From positions 35,700 to 99,699 of the forward strand of contig NW_003314282.1 in NCBI RefSeq assembly GCF_000143415.4: a stretch of 64,000 nucleotides of DNA, in the 5' to 3' direction. The notes below the pieces were generated by a model. It was not told the origin of the DNA. It saw only the letters and a program-made list of their open reading frames with translations, and searched no databases. The translations under genes were made by a program, and so were the position numbers. The first letter of the stretch is position 1; each line of letters begins with the position of its first letter. The DNA comes from Selaginella moellendorffii (Eukaryota; Plantae; Lycopodiophyta). This document shows, piece after piece, positions 1-11,300 of this stretch.

Positions 1-1200
1 CCCTACCTGTGCTGACTTTCTTGATAAATGTGGTCTGTACTAGCAAGTGAGTTGCTCTTCGGCCAAGGTTAGTCTCATACTAGAAGAATCCTTTGCAATC
101 CTTCCATTCCCATTCTACCAAATCCCATTTCAGTTTTTTTAGTGTTTGGTGGTGCAACCACTAGAGTTTGGCATATTGTCATTCTGGTATTGCCAAGTCT
201 ATGCATGTTGTCTTCTTCTCCATCTGAATGATGTAAACTAGCTTGGCACTGCTCATATCCAGGAGTTCCTCATATTAGGAGTGATTATAGGGAGAGGCTA
301 TTCAGCATATCCCGCCTTGAAGATTAGTCTGGAAACCCTGTTAGGAAGTGCATAGATGATAGGGTCATTTAGCTTCCATCAGCAATAGGCTGGCATCTCA
401 GATATCTATAATGTCTTTGGGCATGCCCACTTGGCTTTGTGGAAGGCAGTTTGAAATTTTTGCATCCTATGTTCCAAGGCATCTAGGCTGTAGAAGGCTT
501 TAATCCAATCGTAGTTGCTAATCCTTTATTGTTCTTGGATTATAGTATCAACCTCTGTGGAAGTGCATAGTCCTACTTTGTTTAGGTCCCTTTAGGTTTG
601 GTCTAGGCCTCGTTCTTCCATTTCGCTAAGCATTTTCCCATTCACTTGGAACCACTTGTTAAGGAAGAGGGGTGCTAGTCAAGCTATTCTTTGGAGTGGG
701 GCCATTTTTGCACTAACTTACATTTGAATTGATTCTAGATTTTGAAGAGCTTTCCCAAAATTGTGTGGGCTAGCTTTTTATTTGAAACAGCTATTGTTCA
801 TCTGGTGTCCAGTCTTGTTGAGTGTGTTCTTGATGATCTAGAAGGACCTTGAGGAGTTAGTCACGTATTAGCAATTTTGAGCACTTGCATGAAGATTTTG
901 AATAGGAGTGCTTTGCATTGTTCTTTGATGTCTATGATATTAAGGCCAACTTCATGCTTAGGTAATGTGAATAATTGCCAATTCACTTTAGCTCCACCAT
1001 GCAAGACACATAAGGAGCCTTTCCAAACATATACCCTAATGAGCTGATTCATTTCATGGATTGTCCAAGAACCAGATTGCACCAAGTATAATGTTGTTTG
1101 TGACAACGCAACATGCCAAGATAAATAGGTTCTTCCTTGCCCAAAACTTAAATTAGTCTCTTAGTTTTGTCACTACCTTTTAGTTGTCTAAATTGAAATC
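1..1200 (-). mobile_element. Degenerate non-LTR retrotransposon (L1/Tx1-like LINE) ORF2 fragment, region C-terminal to RT
   Basis: Minus-strand translation across stops and frameshifts gives KLRD*FKFWARKNLFILACCVVTNNIILGAIWF, then VWKG...AKVNWQLFTLPKHEVGLNIIDIKEQCKALLFK. This matches the plant LINE ORF2 pattern W..K.LS..GR...N / W...LPK..GGL.I.D...ALL.K. Confidence 0.7.
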
Positions 1201-1299
1201 TAAGGTAACAAGTTGTCTCATCCGGGTCCATCGTGCCCTAGGTCAGTATTTGGCCAAGAGGTAGCCAAAGTCTTATGGATTTAGACTAGTTTACTTTTG

Positions 1300-2000
1300 A
1301 GACAATTACATTATTGAAGAAGTCTAAGTTTTGCTTGAAGTCTTGAAAATTTGCATTCCTAGACTAAGAGTCATTCTTTCTTTAAGTTGGAAATCTTAGA
1401 CTTTTGCAATGGTTGATCTATTAATCATTTTGCTTAAAAATCATTCTATTTTCAAAAGCCATTGCAAACTAGTGAAGGGGTTGGAGTTAACTTTGTTAGC
1501 TTGGACCTTAGTAAGTAGTTTGTATGATGCAAAAATTTGGGGTTAAGGCAATTGAGTTGATAATATTTGGTGTTGGCATAAAAAAGTGGCTATTGCCCTT
1601 TTTTAGAAAAAAATGACCTTTGTGCCTTTTTTTTATAGTGTTATATTTAGTGGCAAGTTGCACTTTGCATTTTATTAAACTCTATAAGAGTAATGAACTC
1701 TCACTGATTTTGATTTTGTTTTAGTGGCCCTACATCTTAGCCAAGGATAGTGATATCCAACTTAGTATTTTGTGGTTGAAATGTTAGTACCTATACTATA
1801 ACTTTGTCTATTAAAAGGTTGTGTACTATATGAGTTTATATTATGATCTTCACTTTAGTTTCAACTGAGTGTTGATCATGTATGGCTAGCCTCTTTGATT
1901 ATGCTCAAAATTATTGGCTATATGTGTTATTGAGCTTATCGTTGTTTGATCATATTTGAGTAGTTATTTTATTTATACTTATACTAAGAGCTATTTTTTT
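1300..2000 (+). mobile_element. Decayed fragment of the family-B LTR-element internal domain
   Basis: GTCTTGAAAATTTGCATTCCTAGACTAAGAGTCATTCTTTC and downstream sequence align by eye with 38421ff and 46778-47400. Confidence 0.7.
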
Positions 2001-2049
2001 GTTGGACAAATCCATAGTTTTAACATTCTTAGCCATGTTTAGCTAGTGA

Positions 2050-3160
2050 CATTTTCTCTTGAATAAGCCCATCATTTTGAGCATTCCCCTATGTCCCACA
2101 AGAGGTCCATCATTACACTCTTTTAAAGCTACCTTCCTTAGTTCCCCTTATGGAACATACACCCTTATCTATTTATGATATATGAGTCCATTGTATTCCA
2201 TATATCTTGTTTTCTTTTCCATAGGTGGCTCATTTCTCTGATGAGCATGCCTCTTGGTTCTTTAGCAACACTTCTTGTGCTAAACTATTATCCTTATATG
2301 CCATTTGCACATCATCCCAAAAAGTTGTTGTCACGCTAAATATTGCCAACTTTAAGTTTGCTCACCACTAAACTCCTATTTAGAAGTTTCTTCATTGGAA
2401 TCCTCCTTATACAAGGATTCCTTATCCATAATTTCTTGTTTGACTGGAAGCTCCATCTTCAAAGGAGATTTTATCTCTACCTTAGTTTGCTTATGCTTTG
2501 CATTAGCCATCTCTCAACAATATGCCTTTATTCTTTGTTAGAACTAAGGAAAAAACTTCAATACCATATTGTAAGTTACAAAATTTTCCTTTCCAATTTG
2601 TTATTTTACTTTGTTTATCTGACTATCACTACCTTGGCCTTACTTAAATCCTTTGCCAAGGTTCTCACCTATTGTACTAGCTCCTACTTGGTCTTACTTA
2701 GTTTCAACTACTCATTGCATGAACAACATAGTGTTAATTATCCATCCACAGGTTCCCAAATTCTCTCCCAATCCCTCTCTCTATGTTAAATTGGATTTAA
2801 AGTTTGGTTACACTTCCCGCATGCATAAGCAGTTAAACACATTAAACCTCTAGGTTTCTAACATCCATTGGTACAACAAAACTTGATTATAGAAGCTTTA
2901 AATTTTTCTTTTACTTGGGACCCCTAGGGGAAACACTATGGCATAATGGCCTGATATGCCCCCACTTCCATCTTAAAGGGAAGGCCCAAGCCCTTAAGAA
3001 GGAGTAAGGAAAAATGAATTACATAGTACTCAAGTGGGACATCACTCTATTTGAGTTGGGAACACTACAGTTGGTTTCCTTTCTAAAAGTGGGAGTTGTT
3101 CTTGAGCATTTTTTTGAGTGGCCTTTCTAGCACCACTTGAGTCTATACTCACTCCCACTT
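2050..3160 (-). mobile_element. Decayed Ty3/Gypsy-derived element (family D): LTR about 2569-3160, PBS, integrase Zn-finger remnant
   Basis: On the minus strand ...GGAAAATTTTGTAACTTACA-ATATGGTATTGAAG resembles the family-A LTR end plus Met PBS. About 2060-2230 translates NGLIYHK*IRVYVP*GELRKVALKECNDGPLVGHRG, a chromovirus-type integrase HHCC region. Confidence 0.6.
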
Positions 3161-3169
3161 AAAGCCCCT

Positions 3170-3944
3170 AACTTACCTTTGCTGTTTAGAATAAGACTAA
3201 CTCAATTTACCATTTAGTTTTTCTGAACACCAATATAGTTGCTAACTAACAAAATGCACGAATGCCAATAACACAAAGGTACAACCAACTATCAACACCA
3301 TCTTTATTAAGAAGTGAAATAAAATGTTAATTTTCATTGAGCCCAACTATTCACCAACTATTTGAACCACCACAAATGGAAAATCCAACTTCCATAATAT
3401 GCCCATAGAGATAATCTCACTTCACTCTCAACTCCAATAATGTTAATATTAAAGCATCATTTCAATATCATCAACACCACAACAAAGCTAACAGAAAGCA
3501 AGAGTGAATCACCACTCAGATAACACCTTATCAAGGAATGAATCACCATGTCCAAGACTCAATAAAATCTAATACAAACTAAACACAACTAAAAAATATT
3601 AACTAAGATGGAATCAAAATGGTAACATAAAGAAACCATGCAAGACTAACAACATGATCCTTTGCAACACTATATAGTAATGAGCTCATCATTACTAAAT
3701 TATTAACAAAATGAGTAAAGTGTTAATATTTTTTGAAGAAATTTACAAGCGATCATTAGTCACAAAGCAACTAATAATCACTTTTCTACTTAGTTACCCA
3801 TAATGGAGGCATTTATGGCGGACAGACTCACCATTTAGAATGTAGTGAGGGATTCCTTGGAATAGGCTCACCAAAGGTCATTTAATTTTGCAACCTAGAA
3901 GCGTCGAGACGTAGAATCCTACCTTGGGGAGGTGTGGTTGACCC
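3170..3944 (-). mobile_element. Decayed LTR-element internal sequence related to family B (inverted)
   Basis: The reverse complement of about 3170-3340 aligns with about 47950-48130. Confidence 0.55.
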
Positions 3945-4488
3945 NNNNNNNNNNNNNNNNNNNNNNNNNNNNNNNNNNNNNNNNNNNNNNNNNNNNNNNN
4001 NNNNNNNNNNNNNNNNNNNNNNNNNNNNNNNNNNNNNNNNNNNNNNNNNNNNNNNNNNNNNNNNNNNNNNNNNNNNNNNNNNNNNNNNNNNNNNNNNNNN
4101 NNNNNNNNNNNNNNNNNNNNNNNNNNNNNNNNNNNNNNNNNNNNNNNNNNNNNNNNNNNNNNNNNNNNNNNNNNNNNNNNNNNNNNNNNNNNNNNNNNNN
4201 NNNNNNNNNNNNNNNNNNNNNNNNNNNNNNNNNNNNNNNNNNNNNNNNNNNNNNNNNNNNNNNNNNNNNNNNNNNNNNNNNNNNNNNNNNNNNNNNNNNN
4301 NNNNNNNNNNNNNNNNNNNNNNNNNNNNNNNNNNNNNNNNNNNNNNNNNNNNNNNNNNNNNNNNNNNNNNNNNNNNNNNNNNNNNNNNNNNNNNNNNNNN
4401 NNNNNNNNNNNNNNNNNNNNNNNNNNNNNNNNNNNNNNNNNNNNNNNNNNNNNNNNNNNNNNNNNNNNNNNNNNNNNNNNNNNNNNNN
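3945..4488. other. Assembly gap (544 N)
   Basis: Run of N. Confidence 1.
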
Positions 4489-4604
4489 GGGGGGGGGGGG
4501 GGTTACAATATGGTAGGGATAATGAGGTCCATGATCAATCTTGAAGGAATTCTTCAATGGCACTTCTAAATCAACTTGAGGTTGGGATTAGGGTTAATGG
4601 CCTT

Positions 4605-5263
4605 GGATAGGAGTGAATATGGACTCAAGTGGTGCCAAAGAGGCTATTCAAAGAAATGCTTAAGAGAAACTCCCACTCCTAGAAGGGAAATCAACTATAG
4701 TGCCCCTAGCTCAAGTGGAGTGGTGCGCCACTTGAGTGCCATGTGGCTCATTGGTCCTCACTCCTTCTTAGGGGCTTGGGCCTTCTCTTTGGGGGGGGAA
4801 TATGGGTACCCATATTAGGCTGTTAGGCCACGGTGTTTCCTCTAGGGTCCCAAAGTAAGAGAAGCATCCAAGGCTTTGGATTAAAAAGGTCCCATAATCA
4901 AGTTTTATTGTACTAAGGGATGTTAGAAACCTAGAGGTTTGGTGTGCTTAGTTACTTATGACTATGAGAAATATAACCAAACTTTAAATCCAATTTAACC
5001 TAGGGAGGGGGATTGGGACAGAATTTAGGAATTTATAGATGGATGATTAACACTTTATTGTTTATGCAATGAGTATTTGAAACCAAGTAGGACTAAGTAG
5101 AAGCTAATATAATATATGAGAACCTTGACAAGGGAACTTAACTAAGGGGGGTATAGGGGTACCCATATTTGGCTGTTAGGACACAGTGTTTCCCCCTGGG
5201 GTCCCAAAGTAAGAGAAGCACCCAAAGCTTTAGATTTAAAAGGTCCCATGATCAACTCTTATT
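4605..5263 (+). repeat. Second family-D LTR-like copy (inverted relative to 2635-3160) with an internal duplication of about 120 bp
   Basis: 4607-5146 is a diverged reverse complement of about 2635-3160. 4791-4911 recurs at 5146-5263. Confidence 0.7.
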
Positions 5264-5425
5264 TGTAGCGCATGTGATCATGAGATGAGATTTAGATATA
5301 CTGTCACCATGGATCCTTGGAACCTTGGGGGATAAATGGGGATAAAATAGCCATTAAGGGCTCTCTCATCAAGCAATTGCCCCTTTTCCAGTTGGCTTAA
5401 GAGGAGAGAGATAAGGTGCGCTACA
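5264..5425 (+). mobile_element. Short (162 bp) LTR of a TRIM-like family
   Basis: Perfect 9-bp terminal inverted repeat TGTAGCGCA...TGCGCTACA. Homologous to 35125-35278, which is followed by a Met PBS, and to 41881-41981. No TSD seen. Confidence 0.8.
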
Positions 5426-5469
5426 GTATAATGGAAATATATTCTTCAAATTTCCATAAGGAATAAGGA

Positions 5470-6930
5470 AATTGCAGCTGGTTTGCATTTTTAGCATGCC
5501 AGATAGCAATCCAGCTTACTCAAGGTGATTAGGGAAGCTCTGTTGGTGGCCTTTGCGGATGATACTCGGACGTGCAACTGGTTATGCTACATTAAAGATT
5601 GGAAGGAGATGGTGGAGGTGGTGACATGGTTGAAAGACACCAATGATTTGTTCTTTATGATCGACGAGTACAATGTTTTGGACAATAGGACATCCAACAG
5701 TTCCCTTATGGAAGTTTGGCTTCATTTGGAAACTCTGGAGGAAAGCTCAACCTACTTGCATGGTGGTTTTGCAAGGTGGAATGAAGCTTTTAGCAGAGCT
5801 TTTAAGTCCACTTACACTAGCACCTACCATTGCAAATACACAACCTTCAGGCTTGAGGAGATCAAGCAGTACATCACCCAGAAGGACTTGCTGTCTGAGC
5901 CTAGTGGAATGTAGCCATTGACGGGAGGTTTGCCACTCATAATACGTGTTTTTGTGGATTGCTACATTGCAATAGTGAGTTCTTCAGATCATGATAACAA
6001 GGCTATAGAGAAGTTCCTATCTACCAAGGATGTTGAACAACAACAAAGGACTTTGGAACAGTGGGTGATGGACATAGCTGCCTTGGAACCTATTAGGAGG
6101 AGAAAAGTGGCAGCTGCACTATCGGATCTAATAGCTGGCAGAGACAGGATCAACTCTAATGGGTTCAATCCTCGGTGGATTATACAAAATGGAGACAAGT
6201 TTGCGCTGGTTTTTGATCTTGTGAAGGAAATGGTTGTGGCCACCGTTGGAATGCATTTCGGTAAGGTAGATAGAGATGCCTTAATGATGAAAGTGGCAGA
6301 GCAGCTCATTGAAGAATGCATGGCCACACACCTTGTACCATCATTGGTTGGACTTATGGTGGAAATGATCGTAATCCACATCGCAAAACAGTGGGTCCAT
6401 TGAAGGGAAAAAAGATTGAAGCTTTTCATTACTTCGACTCGAAGCTAGGATCAGTCCTAACACACTTGCCAACAACTATCCCCAACAGCTAGCAACATTG
6501 CTATGTTGACTTTCCGACTAAAAGAGTAGAAAGTGATTTGCTCTTCATTGATGTGTTTCAAGTTTCTATTGGGCCACAAAAGGGGATAAAAAAATGGTAG
6601 AGTGTAGACAAGTTCTTCAAGCTGGAGGATATGGGTCTTTATATAGGTGGCTATGTTCTAAAGAGTATTAGATGTGGTTTTCACTGGATTGGTGGAGAGG
6701 ATGATAAGCTAGATTGGTTTCCCTCAAGGCAGTCATCTGCTGGTAGTGTCAGCTACAATGAAATATATATTGTTTTCTTGGCAGTTGCAAGTCCCAAAGA
6801 TGTTGATGGTGTTTTCATAAAAGCACTTGAGCTGACATCTTTCCTGAAGAGGCAGTCAAAGAGCAACTGGAGAAGAGAACATGCTTGCTATGATCAAAGT
6901 AAAGTGTTCTATGCTAGTTACATGATATAA
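5470..6930 (+). pseudogene. Crinkler/RHS (CR)-type P-loop NTPase + PD-(D/E)xK restriction-endonuclease-like protein, 5'-truncated pseudogene
   Basis: NTPase part: ALLVAFADD, Walker-B-like LFFMIDEYNVLD, TGGLPLII (GxP). Nuclease-like part: GLMVEMIVI...DLLFIDVFQVSIG...SVDKFF...FHWIG. Motif order resembles CR-NTPase + CR-REase proteins. Contains stops and frameshifts; no Walker A seen (truncated by the LTR at 5264). Confidence 0.6.
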
Positions 6931-6999
6931 ATAAAAGCTAATCTTTTTGGTGATGATTTTTCCAAGGACCTTGGTGTGTTATGTTTATACAAGTTCTCA

Positions 7000-7804
7000 G
7001 CAAGCATGAAATCAAAGGATTCATATTGGTGTTGTTGAATGGCCAAATTCCTCCACCAATCGTGTTTTCTTACGGCTTGCCTTGACCCCTCTTTCGCTTG
7101 ACACCCACTTTGCACTAGGGAAGAGGTTGACAGGTCATGGCTGCAAGTGCATGCATCATCCCTACAATCAAGTCTTGGCGCTGTGCCACCCAAGAAACGC
7201 GCATTGCTTAGTGTAAGCTCACCTTTGCCAAGTTTATATGTACATGCCATTATTTGCGGGGCAACTCATTATATTGTAGCTTGTGAGCTAGCTACCTCCA
7301 AAGAATCCTATGCAATATTCAACACATATACACAAGCTATTGGTCAATTTGGAAGGCCCAAGCGCATCCGGAGCGACAATGCTCCAGAGCACAATGAGGT
7401 TGAGAGGGACATGGTCCACTATTGGGGTCCTATAGCTAGGAGCTTCATACATGGGACATCAACACATAACTAGGTACTCATAGCATTAGAGTTTTTCCAA
7501 ACAAGGACTAAATCAAATTTGTTTTGCAGCACATAGAGCATTTGTGGAGAGAACTCTTTGAATGTGTGGTGTGGTTTTATAAGCATTTTTTTGAGTCCAT
7601 GGAAGACATAGGAATTCTTGATGTATCTAATCCATGACACAACCAGAGTCTACATTGTGTCTTTGCTCCGTACCTCAAGAAAAATATTTCACACTGGGTT
7701 GCAACATAGAACCTCCATGAGATCCGTCCATATTGATGTGGTGATTACTTTAGACCATCTTATGTTCTTGCAAATTTATTGCAACCGATGGAACGAGAGT
7801 TTGG
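7000..7804 (+). pseudogene. IS3EU/IS481-like (rve integrase-core) DDE transposase pseudogene with a spliceosomal intron
   Basis: LYVHAIICGATHYIVAC...AIGQFGRPKRIRSDNAPEH...SFIHGTSTHN*, GT-AG intron 7474-7529, then HIEHLWRELFECVVWFYKHFFESMEDIGILDVSNP*HNQSLHCVFAPYL. Matches the eukaryotic consensus IHGxIDG...P.RVRSD.G.EN...G.S.HNQRIERLWR...E..G.LD..N...LH.VF.P. Confidence 0.75.
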
Positions 7805-7925
7805 TGTAAGCAACCAAAAAGAACGATTCGAGAGACGGTCCATAGGGTTCAAATATAGAGGGAAAGGGCTCATGAATAAGAGTGCACCCCCTTTTCCAAT
7901 CGGTTAAGGGTCTTAGGATAGTTGG

Positions 7926-7981
7926 AGTTAAGTGTCCTTGAGTTTGAATAGTACTGGGTTGGGTAACCTCCCAGAAAGTCC
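7926..7981 (+). promoter_or_regulatory. 5S rRNA-derived Pol III internal control region (A box, IE, C box) in the Cassandra LTR
   Basis: AGTTAAGTGTCCTTGAGTTTGAATAGTACTGGGTTGGGTAACCTCCCAGAAAGTCC is collinear without gaps with plant 5S AGTTAAGCGTGCTTGGGCGAGAGTAGTACTAGGATGGGTGACCTCCTGGGAAGTCC. Confidence 0.85.
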
Positions 7982-8007
7982 AAACTTAGGAGCTTACATT
8001 TGGTATT

Positions 8008-8250
8008 AGAAAGGTATCAGGTCCGACTCTGTTGGTTGGCTTAGGGGAATCGCACCACATGTTGATTGACATCTGGCAGATCCAGTTTACTCCCATTGGG
8101 CTCAATCCGTTGGGGTAGGGTGTCAAGAGAAAGGTATCAGGTCCGACTCTGTTGGTTGGCTTAGGGGAATCGCACCACATGTTGATTGACATCTGGCAGA
8201 TCTAGTTTACTCCCATTGGGCTCAATCCGTTGGGGTAGGGTGTCAAGAGA
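8008..8250 (+). repeat. Tandem duplication, 2 x 120 bp, in the Cassandra internal domain
   Basis: 8008-8127 and 8128-8247 are identical except for one C/T. Confidence 0.95.
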
Positions 8251-8399
8251 GCGGGGCTCTTAGGAGAGCTACAGCTCTTAGCTTCCATTCATGAGGGTGT
8301 GTAAGGAAGCATGGTGGATTGTAAGCAACCAAAGGGAACGACTTGAGAGATGGTCTATATGGTTCAAATGGGGTTCAAATAATTCTTCCAATTGATTCG

Positions 8400-11300
8400 C
8401 GTCATTTAACCTGAGGCAAGGCTTCTAGTGCACACTCCCCCAATCGCAGGACCACCGCCCAAGCAAGAGCGCTACAGCTGTAATGGTGGGTAGCTTCTCC
8501 TTGATCAGGTTTGCATAACCAATCCCTTGTGGTTTCTAGGCTCGAAACAAGAATGCCGCACACCTCAACAGCAGTAGACACTATGCAGGAAACACCTTGC
8601 AAACACGCAGCCAAGCACTCAATGTTCTACAATCAGTACAGCAAACAGTCCCATGAGACACACGCCAGCCACTTGATTTTCCAAGCTCTGTAGCAGGGAC
8701 ACCAACTCCAACAGCATCCCATCCACAACTCCCGACTACATTTGAGCAAGCAAAGTGCCGCCTATCATTGCATACACTGCAACATATGCCGAACCTCTAG
8801 CATGTTTCGTTCTCCTCGTCTTCCCTGGAAAGCAGCAACCCGAGCATCCGAAATGAGCAAGTCCAAATGCCTCATGCCCACGGTGTTGTCCAATCTGGAA
8901 TGCTACCACCAACAACAACTACAGGAGGTACTCATGGAAGCCCATATAGTGCCACTAATACCAGCCCCGCAACTCTACCAGCCATTACAACTCTCGCAAC
9001 TCCATCTACCGATACAAGTGCCAATACCTGGCCATCTACCTCCCGAAGCAACAAGCGGTCTAGCTCAGTAAGTTTTTCATTTGTACCCATCTTTTTTTCA
9101 TGTGTTTTTCTGTGTAGGGTGAGTTGACAATGCCGTCACACCAGTGAGCTTATAGTTCCCCATCAGCATTCCACAACTACTCCCAAGGATCGACATCATC
9201 ATCTAGTGGAGCTTCAACATCTAGATATGTTCAAGCTGACCCTCAAGGCGGGCTGCCATGTGAGCCACAGGTATAACATGACCTTATACACTCTTCAAAT
9301 TTTTTTTCTTTGGATTTGTTTGACTCATTTTCATTTCACTGTGCCAGACTCTCTCACCACTTATGGCTGCAGTGCACACCTATGCCAATAACAATCGGCA
9401 GTCCTTATTTTGTTGTCGTGGATATTGTGGTAGTTGATCCAAAGTCATTGGTGGGATGTCGTCTATGACACCCTTGGTGCCCCGGCCGTTCATCACAGTT
9501 CCTGTCACCAAGTGGATTGCAATCCCGAAGACTTGGCATGTAGACTTGTATGGGTGGAAAAGAGAGCCATTTGTGAAGGTGGCGGAACTTGATGAGCTGG
9601 CAGTGGACCTCCTAGAGCGTCTCATACGGGGTGGCTTATACTCTAGTATTCCTTTCCAACCCGGCACGGCCCAACATGCGATTCTACTATCATTCCAAGC
9701 ATCAAGAATCCAACCTTCATCCATGACAAACCCAGGAGCATTTGTCCGGCGTGCAAGGCAGTCCAATGGTGGTGAGGCCCATGTCGAGTTTGCAAAATTT
9801 GGCCTCAGCTCTATCCAGCCTTGCTACTGGCCTCCTCAAACATTATTGGGGAGCTATAGCAAACAAGGCTAATAGCAACCGGGCAACAGTAATATACCTA
9901 TATAATGTTATGGAATATCTTACTGACAAACATTAGCTAAGTTATCAAAAACAGGCCTGAGCACTCGAGGAGAAGGATGTTTGTGAATGTAAGTTTTTTT
10001 TTTTTTTTAAGTTCCCTCCTCATAAATATATATTGTGGTCTTTGCAGTTGTAGCTACTACAAGTACCTTGAATGCAAATGATGATCCTTTGGTGATAGAG
10101 CCAGTTCTCCCAAGGCCAACCACACAAGAACCAAACTAAGATGAGAATAATGAAGAAGAAAACTATGTGGATGAAAAAGACATTCTTCCATTACTGGAAG
10201 AAATTCTCCCCACGCAAGACAACATGGATATCACCGGAGTCGAAGAACAAGGTGATAGTGGGGATGAACTACACCAAGTATCTCTGAAGACATCCTTGTC
10301 ACCAGAGATACTGGCTTCAGGCTATGCGGCTAGTAAGAAGCATTAACATAAATGAATATTTCCTTCATTTTCTAATTTCTGAATGGTAGTGTATGACAGT
10401 GACGGCAGAGGTCTTAAAGGCCATGGTGTGCCTCCACCCCCCTTTCTAGAGGGAAGTAACATTTTAGTCCTATTGAATATTTATAGAAAGTGTCTAAATC
10501 TACTCATAATATAGAGATTGTTTTAAACATGATGATATTATTTTTAAATTTACAATCTAAAACAATTCTATATTTAGTAAATTTTCATAATTATCCTAGT
10601 TGCTTAACAGCTTTTCTACAGTAGAGTAAGATAATTGAAAATTGTGCCATTCGAAATTGAACTAATGTTTGCATATAGATTATTAGAGTGTTAACAACAA
10701 TGGATTGATGCCACCAATGCATTTAATGAAGTTGTTTAGTTAACCACTCAGGATAGTGCCAACTTCATCATGTTGCAGCATGAGGAGGTTTCTGCCTTAC
10801 AGGATGCCACCACAACTCTTGAGGTGAGGGCATAAGGGGATGTTGAAGTTCTCTCACAGGTGCAGTGGTTGAAACACAAGCTTCTTGGTTTCTTTGGCAT
10901 GGAGAGCACAAGTGACGAAGAGAAGCTAGATGTTATTGCTAAACACCTTGAGTTCCATTAAGCTGGTGGTGAAATATTTCTTCGGCACGTACTTTTCAGC
11001 CAAGCCATGCCTCATTGGCAAGATTGGGAGAGTGTTCTCCTTCAGCTTGGCCTTTTAGAAACACAATATGAAGGTGTGTTTTATGACAACATAATTTAAT
11101 AGCTCCTTGTTGAAGGAAGTATCAATATGCCTCTTTTAATTGTTGAGTCCACAATAGCATGGTTCATTGGGAAGAAGTACATGTATCTATTTCTTAGCAC
11201 TTAGTACCACCTTATTATTTTGTGCAAGGACCTACGTAGGAATTGGGGGGGCTGCACAACAATTAAAAGAACTATTTGACACTGCTGAAACACTATATTG

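Larger units (their letters stand above)
7805..8380 (+). mobile_element. Cassandra TRIM (5S rRNA-bearing LTR retroelement), 3' LTR truncated
   Basis: 5' LTR 7805-7998 (TGTAAGC...GCTTACA) contains a 5S-like segment. PBS-like TTTGGTATTAGA at 7999-8010. Purine-rich tract precedes the 3' LTR, which starts TGTAAGCAACC at 8320 and breaks off near 8370. Confidence 0.85.

Noticed and set aside
3919-4569. ORFs made of X residues
   Set aside because: Artefacts of the N gap.
7926-7981. Functional 5S rRNA gene
   Set aside because: Only the internal 56 nt are present, diverged and embedded in an LTR; treated as Cassandra.
8008-8250. Hammerhead ribozyme/retrozyme in the tandem repeat or LTRs
   Set aside because: No CUGANGA...GAAA...UH core with flanking stems found by eye.
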